DNA from: Caecitellus pseudoparvulus
Taxonomy: Eukaryota > Protista > Bigyra: Bicosoecida
NCBI GenBank assembly: GCA_965644315.1
Contig: CBFFRQ010000030.1
Span: forward strand, 62,001-126,000
Reading direction: 5' to 3'
Length of the DNA stretch: 64,000 nt
The notes beneath the pieces are model-generated. The model had not been told where the DNA came from. It saw only the letters and a program-made list of their open reading frames with translations, and did no database searches. The position numbers and the translations under genes were made by a program. Below are positions 23,301 to 31,415 of the stretch, piece by piece (the stretch's first letter is position 1; the number at the start of each line of letters is the position of its first letter).

Positions 23301-26300
23301 CACCCCCGCTTCCTGCCCCTCCAGCACCAGGCTACCCACACAGGCCCAGTGGTGGCCGCCCGTGGCCGCTGCACCGGGCAGCGTGTCACTGCTCTGTCGT
23401 TTCCACAGCAGCACCTCGCCGCCACGGTTTCCCGCCAGCGCCACAGCCAGCAACTGGCCGCCCGGACAGCTGCTGATGCCCACGATCCTGCGCCCAGCCT
23501 TGGCAGTCACAGCCTTGGAGTCGCCGGAGCTGGGCTGGTGCCCCAGCGCACTGCCCACAGTGGTGTCAAGCACCGGCGCTTCCTCCTCCTCCTCCTCATC
23601 CCCCACCTCCAGCACCGTCTGGCCTGCGGTTCGCAGATCCTCCACCACCACGCGCCCGCCCGCTGCGAACGCCAGCAAGCCAGACTCGGCGTCCCACGCG
23701 ACGCCCCGCCGGCAACCAATGTCCAGACCCAGCACCTTCATCTCCCGCATGAGGGTGGGCGCGGCGGCAGCAGTGTCTGTGGCGTCACCATGCACACCCT
23801 CATCGCACTGCTCTGTCGGCGGGTCAGGGGGAGCAGCAGCGTGGGGGGAGGGGGCGACCTTGGCCCAGGGCGAGGCCAGACTGGCCTCCTCGTCAGTGGT
23901 CATATCATCCTCATCATGCCCGTCGTCCCCGCCGTCCCAGTGAGATCCAGCCTCAGTGCTGACGTCGCTCACGCCCCTGGCGTGGCGCCCACGTGGCTTC
24001 AGCGGGGTGATGTCAAACTCCACCTCGCTGTCACCCTCCCCAAACTCCGCAGAGATGCCCACAGCGCCCCCCACTGAGCCGTCTCCGCCGACAGACGACT
24101 CCCCAGCCTCTGAGAATGCCCCCGCCTGCACGGACACGAAGCCGTGTGCTGCGGACTCCGCTGGCGCCACACGCGCCCAGCCACTGTCTGCCCGCCCGTC
24201 GAACGTGGAGGCCATGGATGCGTCCAAGTGCGCTGGAGTGCCTGCATCGTCCCGTGCCTGCATGCCAGCGGTGCTGCCCTCCCCGAAGGACATGTCTCGA
24301 GGGTGAACGGGGGGCAGGGCGGGGGGACGCACGGGGCCAATGTCGGGGGTGGGAGACGGCCCCACTGCAAAGCTGCCTTGGATGACGCCCCCTCGAGGAG
24401 GGGACACCCCCCCCTCCGTGCCTGGGCCAGTGCCAGACCACTCCTCTGACACTTCAGCCGTGGCCTCAGGCAGCCCGCCCCCTCCATTGCCGAGCAAGTG
24501 CGTGGTGCTGGGGGAGTGCGCCATGCGGCGTTCAGCTGGACTGGGGCTGCTGCTGGCGCCACCGCCACCAGGAGCACCCTCATGTGTCGCTGTGTTGAGC
24601 GGCGGGGCAGGGGCTGGGGTCGCCTCGTCGTCTGCCTGAGCCACAGAACTGCTGGCCCCACGCACAGCATGCACTTGCACTGCCACGGTGGAGGGCGCAA
24701 GGTACTCCCACACATACAGCGCACCTGCTCCAGTGCCAGCATCAGAAGGCATGCTCGAGCCCACTGCGCTTGCTGCTGCCGCTGCCGTGGTGGCGTGTGG
24801 CGCGTTGCCCGAGGGGGGTGGGACGGTCGTCATGACCACCCCTCGCCCGTCAGGCGTGAACAGGATGCTAGACAGCGCACCCAGGCCAGTGTGCAGTCTG
24901 TGGCCCAGGGGCACAGCACGTGGGGGACCCGCAAGCGTCGCGTCAAAGGCGCTGATCGTTCCGCTGCCGCCCCCAGCAAGCACCGTGCTGCCGTCACCCG
25001 TCACGTCCAACGCCGCCACACCACGCGTCTGGGCTGCGTGCAGTACACTTGCCGCTGCCCTGGCATTGTCGTGGGGTTGGGACAGGGCTTGTTTCAAGGC
25101 GCCCAGTTGCCGTGGTGGGTGTGCCCCCCGCACCTGCTGCAACACCTTGCGTGAAGCCACGTCCCACCGCACCAGGCGCCCATCCAGCGTCCCACCCACA
25201 ACACACCTCCCATCCGGAGAGAACACAAGGCGAGTGATGCCAAGGGGTGCACGTGCTTCTCGTGGCAAGCCTACACCGGTGACTGGCTGGCCGTGCAGTG
25301 CCGAGCGACCCCCTGCGGCGAGGTTGGCGGCGCGACCAGCCTGCGCTGCCGCAGCTGCCGCCGCTTCCCCAGCAGGCTGCCGAGGGGAGGGAATGGGCAA
25401 TTGACCGAGCAGGGACAAGGAATAGGGGTCCAACAAGTACACCGCAGCAGTGCTGTCCACGCCAGACGTGTTTAGCTCATCGCAGGCGCCAGAAAATGCG
25501 ACGGCAAGGGTCGAGCCATCGGGGGCCACCGCCAACGCACAGGCGAGGGCGAGGTGGGAGATGCCCACGCTGCTGCCGCTGCTGGGAAGCCGGGCTGGGG
25601 AGTGTGACGTCAGCATCTTCATGGGCAGGTAGCTGTGCGCCGCGTCGTACACGCAAACCGAGCCATCTCGTGCGGCAGAGAAGAGAAGTGGCGTGGTCGG
25701 GTCGGGAAGGAACGCAAGCTGAGCAACCGGTGCCGTGTGCTGGGAGTACTCTTCCAGAGTCGCTGCTGCAGCCACGTCAAAGACACGCAGGCAGCCAGTG
25801 GCAAAGCCCGCCACGAGCAGCTGCGGTGCGCTTCTCTGCTGTGCGGGCGGCAGGGCAGCCCCCCGCCCATCCACCCACACAAACGACGGCGCAAATGCCA
25901 GGCAAGTTGCCGTGTCGTCCACATTGCGCAGGCGGAACTCTGCCTGCTGCTCCCAGCCAGTCAGCCCCCACACCCGAATGGTGCCGTCAGTGCTCGCGGT
26001 AGCGACAGTCGGAGCTGGAGCTGCAGCAATGCTGGCAGCCGTCGCAGCGCTGCGAAAAACGTCCTCAGGAGTGCCATCTTGCACGCCAGAGGCTGGCGGC
26101 ACCACGACAGGCAGCGGGTTCACTGCCACAGCCAGCACCGGGGCGGTGTGGGAGCGCAGAATGACGCGGTGCTCGTGCGCCGCGACATCCAGGCGCCCGA
26201 CGCTTCCGTCCAACGCAGTGGTGACAAGGGTCAGCCCTGATGGGTGCAGAGCCACACCTGTGACGGGGCAGTCGTACCTGGCTTCCAGGAAAAAGGCGGA

Positions 26301-29063
26301 GAAGTCCAGCGGCCACATGCGCAGGAAGCCATCATTGGACGCGGTGACGCAGAATCCTTCGTTCACGGCAAGTGAGTGCACAGGTCCAGAGTGCAGCTGG
26401 AACACAGCCTCCAGTGCCTGCGTGTCGTAATTCACCTGCAGCACACTGCCAGCACTGCTGCCGACGTACATGCGGCGCTGGTGGGCGGCCGGCACGGGGT
26501 CTCGTCGCGTGAAGCGAGAAAGCGCGTTGCCCCTCCCGGCGCCACTGCTGGAGGCAAAGGGCGCGTCAAACGCGACGTCCAAGAACTCAGTCTCCCGAGC
26601 GTACTTGTTCAGAGCGATGGGGCAGCCTGGCAGGTGCCCTGCCTTGATGCGCCACAACCGCACGTTTTCCCGCCCCACGCTCACCAGGCGCCCCACGTCA
26701 AAGGGCGAGAATCGAATGCGTGAGATGGGAAAATCAGACACCTGCCGTCCAACAACACGCAGCTCCGGCAGTGACGCCGCCCTGGCCTTGGCGGCCGCTT
26801 CCACGGGTTTGAGAGCAGCGCGCCACCCGCGGCGCTGTGCGACCAGCTCCCGCACAGGGGTCACGTCCCAAACCAGGAGCACTTGGCGACCCCGCCCGTC
26901 CACTGCAGACGCACACAACAGGCACCCGTCGTCAGAAAAAGTCAGACTGCCCTCCCCCATGCGGCACGGCTGTTCCTTGCCGCTGCGCCGGCGCTGCGCC
27001 GGGTCAGTGCTCTGCACGAACCCGGTCAGCTGCCCCAGACACTCCGCCGTTTCAAAGTCCCACAGTCGAATGCAAGGGCCCTTGCCGCTTGCCGACTCGC
27101 CTTGAGCAGACGCCAGGGTGCCGCCATCAGGTGCCATCGCAAGTGCCACGACGTCGTGTGTGTGCCCGGGAAAATGCCGCTGGGTGTGCTGGGGAGACGG
27201 GGAGGGGGCGTTGGGTCCCGTCGCTTCCACAGAGCTGCCCGCCGCCCCGCCTGCAGTGCTGGACCCGGCACTGGCACAGTCAGATGGTGTGGGTTCGCTT
27301 GCCAGGACGTACTTGGGGCGGCTGCTCCCCGCACTTGAAGAGGCTGCCGAGTCTGTGGCGAGGTGGGGGAGCCCCCCCACTGCCGCTGCTGCGGGAGGAG
27401 GGGGTGCCACAGTCAGAGCCGTGAGCGTGTGCCCCACTGGGAACACCACCTCCTTGCCGTCTGGCGCAAACACCAGGCAGCCCTGGCGCCCAGCTGCCAC
27501 CCCCATCACGCCGCTCAGCCTCAGCACGGGGTCCGTGGACGGCATGCTGGAGCCCCGCACACCGCTGCCCAGGCCCGCCGCCACCATGTCAGGTGCAGAG
27601 CTCTCAGGCAGCACTGTCCCGTCTGCCCCCAGCATGCCGACGTGGGCACTGTCTGCGGACAAGTCCAGTTCACGCGGCACGGGGGGCACGTTGAAGGTGC
27701 CGATGGTGGTGGGCAGAGGCGGCGGCGGCGCTGTCGCGCCACGCCCCTCCACATCCTCCAGCCCCTCCACACCCACATCCTTCAAGATGCCCTGTGCTGC
27801 CTCCAGCACATCCTGCCGGGTGGCCATGGCGCCATCCCCCGTGTGCAGGAAGGAGCCGATGCCAGACGATTGCCCAGACTGTGTGCTGCCCATGACACCG
27901 CCGCCAGTCGACCCAGCAGCATCAGAGCCCCCAGCCGCCTGTCGCAGGGGGCGCAAGGCAGCCTGGGCGGCCGCGTACGCCCTACCAGCGGCTGTTGTCG
28001 GGAGGGGGGTCTCGTCGTGGGGCAGGGGGGGAGGAAGTGTCTGTGGTGCTGGAGCATGCGGCTTCGCCTCCTCGTGGTCTGCACTGCCCCCCACAGCTGG
28101 GGGAGGCGAGGCTGGCTGCTGCGGAGCTGCAGTGTGTTCCATCTCCACAGCAGACGCATTCAAAGCCTCTGCCGCAGCCGCCTGGGCTGCCTGCAGTGCC
28201 TGGCTGTCCAGGTGCAGCTGGGCGGACAGGGGCGCCACACCCGCCGCCTCAGCGCCCTCTGGCACGCTGGGCACCCACAGCTGGGCGTACAGGTCTTGAT
28301 ACCGCGCCCCTGTGGGGAGCGGCAGGGCCAGGTCCTTGTGCAGGGTGTTGGGTGTGTACACCGCATCTGAAGTCCACACCCCCTGCACGACCATTGAGCA
28401 GGCAAGTGTGAGAGCGCGGATGAACTGCACCTGCACAGGCCCGCCCTGGCCTGCCGTGACGAGCTGCAGCAGAGCATGTGTGTCCACACACACCAAGCTC
28501 CAGCGCCTGGGCAGGGTCAGTGGCACCTCCGCCACTTTGCCCAGGCGCATGCGCAGCTCCTTGTGGGCTGTGGAGAAGGACAGGCGGTACATGCGCTTGC
28601 CCTGGGCTTGCAGGTCGATGTGGAACGCCATGCCTCGGCGCCCCATCGGCTTCAGCTGCAGGTACACATAGCGACCAGTCAGGCGCAGGCCGGAGAAGTC
28701 CGTCGTGCCTCGCGGGAACCTGCGCCAGTTTGAAGGGGGGTGCCAGTGTGCACTGGCCGGCGGGCGCGAGCAGTGTGCTGAACACGCACCTTGGCACTGA
28801 AATGTGTGCATCGGTGGACACGTTTCCGTGGATGCGCCACACCAGTTTGCCGATGGAGTGGTCCTGCGAGCCGCCAACGGTGACGGGGTGCGGAAAACGG
28901 CAACGGCAGCGGCACTGCAGCGCAACGGCAGAGCACGCACTAGGAGCCTGGAGACCGAGCCCTTGCGCTCACAGTACTTGTCGTGTCCTTTGTGCACCTC
29001 CCACTCCTTCAGCACATCCACGTGTGGGTGCTGCCACGTCGGGCTGCGACTTGACGCCGCCAT
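20334..29063 (-). CDS. WDR90: WDR90/POC16-like centriolar protein (N-terminal CFA20/DUF667-like domain plus WD40 repeats)
   Basis: WQHPHVDV, LRLTGRYVYL, LVSVGRENVRLWRIK, FCVTASNDGFLRMWPLDFSAFFLEA, LRSHT. Introns 28864-28940 and 28720-28789. Confidence 0.88.
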   Translation of the reverse strand: MAASSRSPTWQHPHVDVLKEWEVHKGHDKYCERKGSVSRLLVRALPLRCSAAAVAVFRTPSPLAARRTTPSANWCGASTETCPPMHTFQCQGACSAHCSRPPASAHWHPPSNWRRFPRGTTDFSGLRLTGRYVYLQLKPMGRRGMAFHIDLQAQGKRMYRLSFSTAHKELRMRLGKVAEVPLTLPRRWSLVCVDTHALLQLVTAGQGGPVQVQFIRALTLACSMVVQGVWTSDAVYTPNTLHKDLALPLPTGARYQDLYAQLWVPSVPEGAEAAGVAPLSAQLHLDSQALQAAQAAAAEALNASAVEMEHTAAPQQPASPPPAVGGSADHEEAKPHAPAPQTLPPPLPHDETPLPTTAAGRAYAAAQAALRPLRQAAGGSDAAGSTGGGVMGSTQSGQSSGIGSFLHTGDGAMATRQDVLEAAQGILKDVGVEGLEDVEGRGATAPPPPLPTTIGTFNVPPVPRELDLSADSAHVGMLGADGTVLPESSAPDMVAAGLGSGVRGSSMPSTDPVLRLSGVMGVAAGRQGCLVFAPDGKEVVFPVGHTLTALTVAPPPPAAAAVGGLPHLATDSAASSSAGSSRPKYVLASEPTPSDCASAGSSTAGGAAGSSVEATGPNAPSPSPQHTQRHFPGHTHDVVALAMAPDGGTLASAQGESASGKGPCIRLWDFETAECLGQLTGFVQSTDPAQRRRSGKEQPCRMGEGSLTFSDDGCLLCASAVDGRGRQVLLVWDVTPVRELVAQRRGWRAALKPVEAAAKARAASLPELRVVGRQVSDFPISRIRFSPFDVGRLVSVGRENVRLWRIKAGHLPGCPIALNKYARETEFLDVAFDAPFASSSGAGRGNALSRFTRRDPVPAAHQRRMYVGSSAGSVLQVNYDTQALEAVFQLHSGPVHSLAVNEGFCVTASNDGFLRMWPLDFSAFFLEARYDCPVTGVALHPSGLTLVTTALDGSVGRLDVAAHEHRVILRSHTAPVLAVAVNPLPVVVPPASGVQDGTPEDVFRSAATAASIAAAPAPTVATASTDGTIRVWGLTGWEQQAEFRLRNVDDTATCLAFAPSFVWVDGRGAALPPAQQRSAPQLLVAGFATGCLRVFDVAAAATLEEYSQHTAPVAQLAFLPDPTTPLLFSAARDGSVCVYDAAHSYLPMKMLTSHSPARLPSSGSSVGISHLALACALAVAPDGSTLAVAFSGACDELNTSGVDSTAAVYLLDPYSLSLLGQLPIPSPRQPAGEAAAAAAAQAGRAANLAAGGRSALHGQPVTGVGLPREARAPLGITRLVFSPDGRCVVGGTLDGRLVRWDVASRKVLQQVRGAHPPRQLGALKQALSQPHDNARAAASVLHAAQTRGVAALDVTGDGSTVLAGGGSGTISAFDATLAGPPRAVPLGHRLHTGLGALSSILFTPDGRGVVMTTVPPPSGNAPHATTAAAAASAVGSSMPSDAGTGAGALYVWEYLAPSTVAVQVHAVRGASSSVAQADDEATPAPAPPLNTATHEGAPGGGGASSSPSPAERRMAHSPSTTHLLGNGGGGLPEATAEVSEEWSGTGPGTEGGVSPPRGGVIQGSFAVGPSPTPDIGPVRPPALPPVHPRDMSFGEGSTAGMQARDDAGTPAHLDASMASTFDGRADSGWARVAPAESAAHGFVSVQAGAFSEAGESSVGGDGSVGGAVGISAEFGEGDSEVEFDITPLKPRGRHARGVSDVSTEAGSHWDGGDDGHDEDDMTTDEEASLASPWAKVAPSPHAAAPPDPPTEQCDEGVHGDATDTAAAAPTLMREMKVLGLDIGCRRGVAWDAESGLLAFAAGGRVVVEDLRTAGQTVLEVGDEEEEEEAPVLDTTVGSALGHQPSSGDSKAVTAKAGRRIVGISSCPGGQLLAVALAGNRGGEVLLWKRQSSDTLPGAAATGGHHWACVGSLVLEGQEAGVALVAMAVDPAGSQVAALAARLDDGDALVTAAVWDIRGFFGLALGISGTTAGSGQGGAVEEGVVVEIAPLVQRTLALPGSFHTGVQGSAALDTLAWVSPGSFVGCGRAGAFAFDLSGVHAFLESQGGGHHSRAPTLGALPPAPPSGLVVMPVLNDDTLSMRAAPEGDHEGPAWLAARPWITSADCGVVAVPGSGGGGAVEEAARLLLLGDGEGRVWTLQGTSHVEGEGALTWELQGVVSAAAAIPKGAPSSEALKCPPTRSPYAPLPSHKALTRRGVTCLALSSGGRVTLGHAHGVVAGWKLQRSGSSTVPTPDTAKPPAAVRGRPPLRPRSRGKAAAKKPRKVQRGGKVIDVRPASAKRRRVRRAGTTSSRGSGTSRRPSTRGSSVSGRSKGGARSRRKRAITPPPGSAAASQTTRRSVTGGSGVSAGTTPHAPPAHARLLLRPAASTKANGRSRAKLSPRALLALPAPAACIVGRWGRGQCLVASTDAAISLVQVGLGGRAARVLSGHPEQVLGICAETSPDLTRSVMATSTSGAVQVYSVQGWRLAAKVQAYDFGVPVSCGSSLSPPVAPSQTRKPRAVGLLQPTSHALRVGQPDADGTLPVRIAVGYGNGSIGVTALGVPESPPGGAGDGRSLALGQGEQVKDAEDATGGTASPGRPAVAPVGRRGGKGGSQSSLSAGLCGVDVRRQCQLTVHGGAPVTAMAWVPLVGGDAILASGDGRGRVHCAVLGADGVVLSTCWLFAGDPAATAAVARHASTPIRHLSTASDAPGVLAVGSANGAVSTWRLTLLQSGVGGDLLGTASCHVAEDASPLLHLPAEGAPAMGAALVPGSAGRHLALLVVRGGATQHLSLVQCEGGAVLGFSPPLQDLVGDAVTGLTGVAHVANQVHNRVLVSLQQRKSLAVLSATPGHVGQVLAVSAAHAEQVSAAVTVLEEHPDDGPAAASTSVGSGVEGVLRRAAYRAEGHSVQVPRALAAAGACVNVWELQ

Positions 29064-29332
29064 GGTGCGTCTGGCGTCTCCTCGCAGCGGCCTCTGACTG
29101 GAGCCCGCACTGGGGCGCTGGCACTGAATTGGGAAGCGCTGAACGATATTTTTGACTACAACCAGCCTCGGGCTTTGAATGTATGTCGCCCTCGGCACTG
29201 ATCTTCTCCCCCTGCACCGCCCAAGCTGCCCCTGACCATGGCGCAGCCCACACTGCCCACGCAAGCCCAGCCACGCACCAGTGAGTGAAACCCGAGCCCA
29301 CACCCATCCATTCTTTCAAGTCTGAGCGTGCC

Positions 29333-30604
29333 TCACGATGAAAGGTCGTCCAGGGTCATGGGCCCCAGGCGGCCGAGCCGAAACATGGACACCAGCCTCT
29401 GCGCCGCCGCATCCGTATCCGGGACACCGCCCGCATCCACCAGCCCCCACTGCCCAGCCAGCTGACGCAGCACTTCCCATGAGTCGGGATGCAGGTGTGG
29501 CAGCGCCAGAGCCGCCCGAAACGCCTTGCTGCGTGTGTCCCGGGCGTGGCACAGGAGAAAATGTGCCAGTTCGTCAGCAGGCACACTTGCATCAGGCAGG
29601 GCGCCACACAGGGCCAGCTTCACGCCCTGTGCCGTGTCTTGGATGCGTGGGACGAGGATGCCAGGCGAGTCCATGAGGAACACGGCGGGGTCGGTGCTGA
29701 CGGGGAAGGCCGACGTGAAACGCGTCACGCCAGCCTTGCGCCCCGTCACAGGGCCCCGCCGCCGCTTGCCCCTTCGCTTGGACCCTTGTCCAGCCTGTGC
29801 CACCGCTTTGATCAAACTGCTCTTGCCAGCGTTGGGCACACCCAGAACGAGAAACACGGAGCCTGGAGCGGCGAACGCAGTAGGGCCGTGCAGCAGGCAG
29901 AAGCGGGGACTGGGCACATGACTTTGCCAAAATGGGCGCCGAGACTCACCTGCTGGCCGGTGTCCAGCACCTGCAACCTCCACCAAATGCTCCACAAACT
30001 GCGAATCAGCGGGCTGTGCATGAACCGCTGCCAGCCTTGCAGGGCTGCGAATCGAAACCGCACCCTTCGCACTGATCTCTGGGAGTGAGAGCTGACAAAC
30101 ATCGTTTCCTGCCCTTCTCTGGACAGCCGCTCCCGGATCACCTGCAAAGGGAGCGCGCATTCGCTGTGCGAGAGTGCGTCGCCCCCAAAGCAATTTCCGC
30201 AAACTCCGCACCGCTTGCATACGCGGGGCGGCGAGATCTGCCTTGTTGAACACCACCACGTGCTGCCGATCACCAATGACCTCTCGTACCACAGGGGTTG
30301 TTGATGACAGTGGCACCTGCACGCCGTCACAATGGTGTAAATGCAGTGCAGCGATGCTGGCTGGCTCATCCCCACTCACCCTTGCGTCCCGCACTTCCAC
30401 CACGCCGTCGCACTCTGCGATCTTCAGCTTCATGGAGTCGATGGCCTTGGCCATATGCCCTGGAAACCAAGATATGCTGCCCCCCAGGTGCGGCACGTAG
30501 GAAGACGCGAGGCGTCGCGGTGCCGGCTGCTGCGCCACTTGACCCGCAGCCCAACCTGGAAGCAAGCGCACAGCCCCCGACGCCGGGGCTGCCCAGCGCC
30601 ACAT
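29333..30604 (-). CDS. MTG1: Mitochondrial ribosome-assembly circularly permuted GTPase (MTG1/RbgA)
   Basis: SWFPGHMAKA, EVRDAR|VPLSS, NKADL, GVPNAGKSSLI, GVTR, DSPGIL, FRLGRLG. Introns 30317-30379, 30142-30211, 29999-30063 and 29863-29949. Confidence 0.92.
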   Translation of the reverse strand: MWRWAAPASGAVRLLPGWAAGQVAQQPAPRRLASSYVPHLGGSISWFPGHMAKAIDSMKLKIAECDGVVEVRDARVSGDEPASIAALHLHHCDGVQVPLSSTTPVVREVIGDRQHVVVFNKADLAAPRMQAVRSLRKLLWGRRTLAQRMRAPFAGDPGAAVQRRAGNDVCQLSLPEISAKGAVSIRSPARLAAVHAQPADSQFVEHLVEVAGAGHRPAGESRRPFWQSHVPSPRFCLLHGPTAFAAPGSVFLVLGVPNAGKSSLIKAVAQAGQGSKRRGKRRRGPVTGRKAGVTRFTSAFPVSTDPAVFLMDSPGILVPRIQDTAQGVKLALCGALPDASVPADELAHFLLCHARDTRSKAFRAALALPHLHPDSWEVLRQLAGQWGLVDAGGVPDTDAAAQRLVSMFRLGRLGPMTLDDLSS

Positions 30605-31415
30605 GCTGTAAACAGGAAGGGGTGCCTCAAAGGTGCTCTGTTTGCTCGTGGGCTTTCGTTGGTACGCGGAGCGTGGAGTCTGAATTGTGCCCAGCGCGCT
30701 TCTGACACAAAGAGACCGCGCTCATTCAACCAAGGCTGCTTGCATGCAAAGGCTGCAATGCCCCTTGGACTGTCAGTTGTGTCACAGTTTCGCACGACAA
30801 GAAATGCCAGTGTCGACCTCATGTGGGCGCCTACGCGGCTTGACAGGAAGCCTGGGGCATGCGGCCTGCAGGGAAGAAGGCTGTCGTTCGCCTGCGGAGT
30901 GGGTCGAGACCACTGCCAAAATATGGGTCAATAAACTGTCTATAGTGATCAGCTTAAGAGAGCGGCCTCGAATGCCTGCTGGAGAATGCAGCCAAGTCCC
31001 GACCTGGCCTGCAGAGCCCTGCTGCAAAGTGGTTGACCCCTTGAAAATGAAAGAAAGCAGTGCCAAATCACACCAGCACAAGGACCGTTGGTGCGGGGTT
31101 ATCAAGTCAAAATGTCATGATCGGTGAGTCTGAAGGGTCTGCTTCGCTCCGCTCAGACCGGGCCTGCTGTGACTCCGCAGAGCTTGCTACGCAAGCACAA
31201 AACACACCGTCCCAACCCATCGCCTGTGGACCGGTTATCCGTTTTCCGTATCCTGAACACCTCTATGCATCGGTTGGCATGTGAACCAGCCCCGTGTGTG
31301 CTTCAGTATTGATCCCCTGGAAACTGACCACCTGCAACTCCCGCACATTCCGCCCACGCTGTACCAGGGCACCGCTTTCGCTGCCAAAGACACGTGCATC
31401 TTCCCATTAGCCGCA

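Noticed and set aside
6506-23943. Long antisense ORFs (6506-8212, 15138-16796, 22093-23943 and others)
   Set aside because: Expected from high GC and codon bias opposite real genes.
29064-29303. N-terminal extension of the 2989-aa ORF
   Set aside because: Non-ATG start; WDR90 similarity begins just after ATG 29063.
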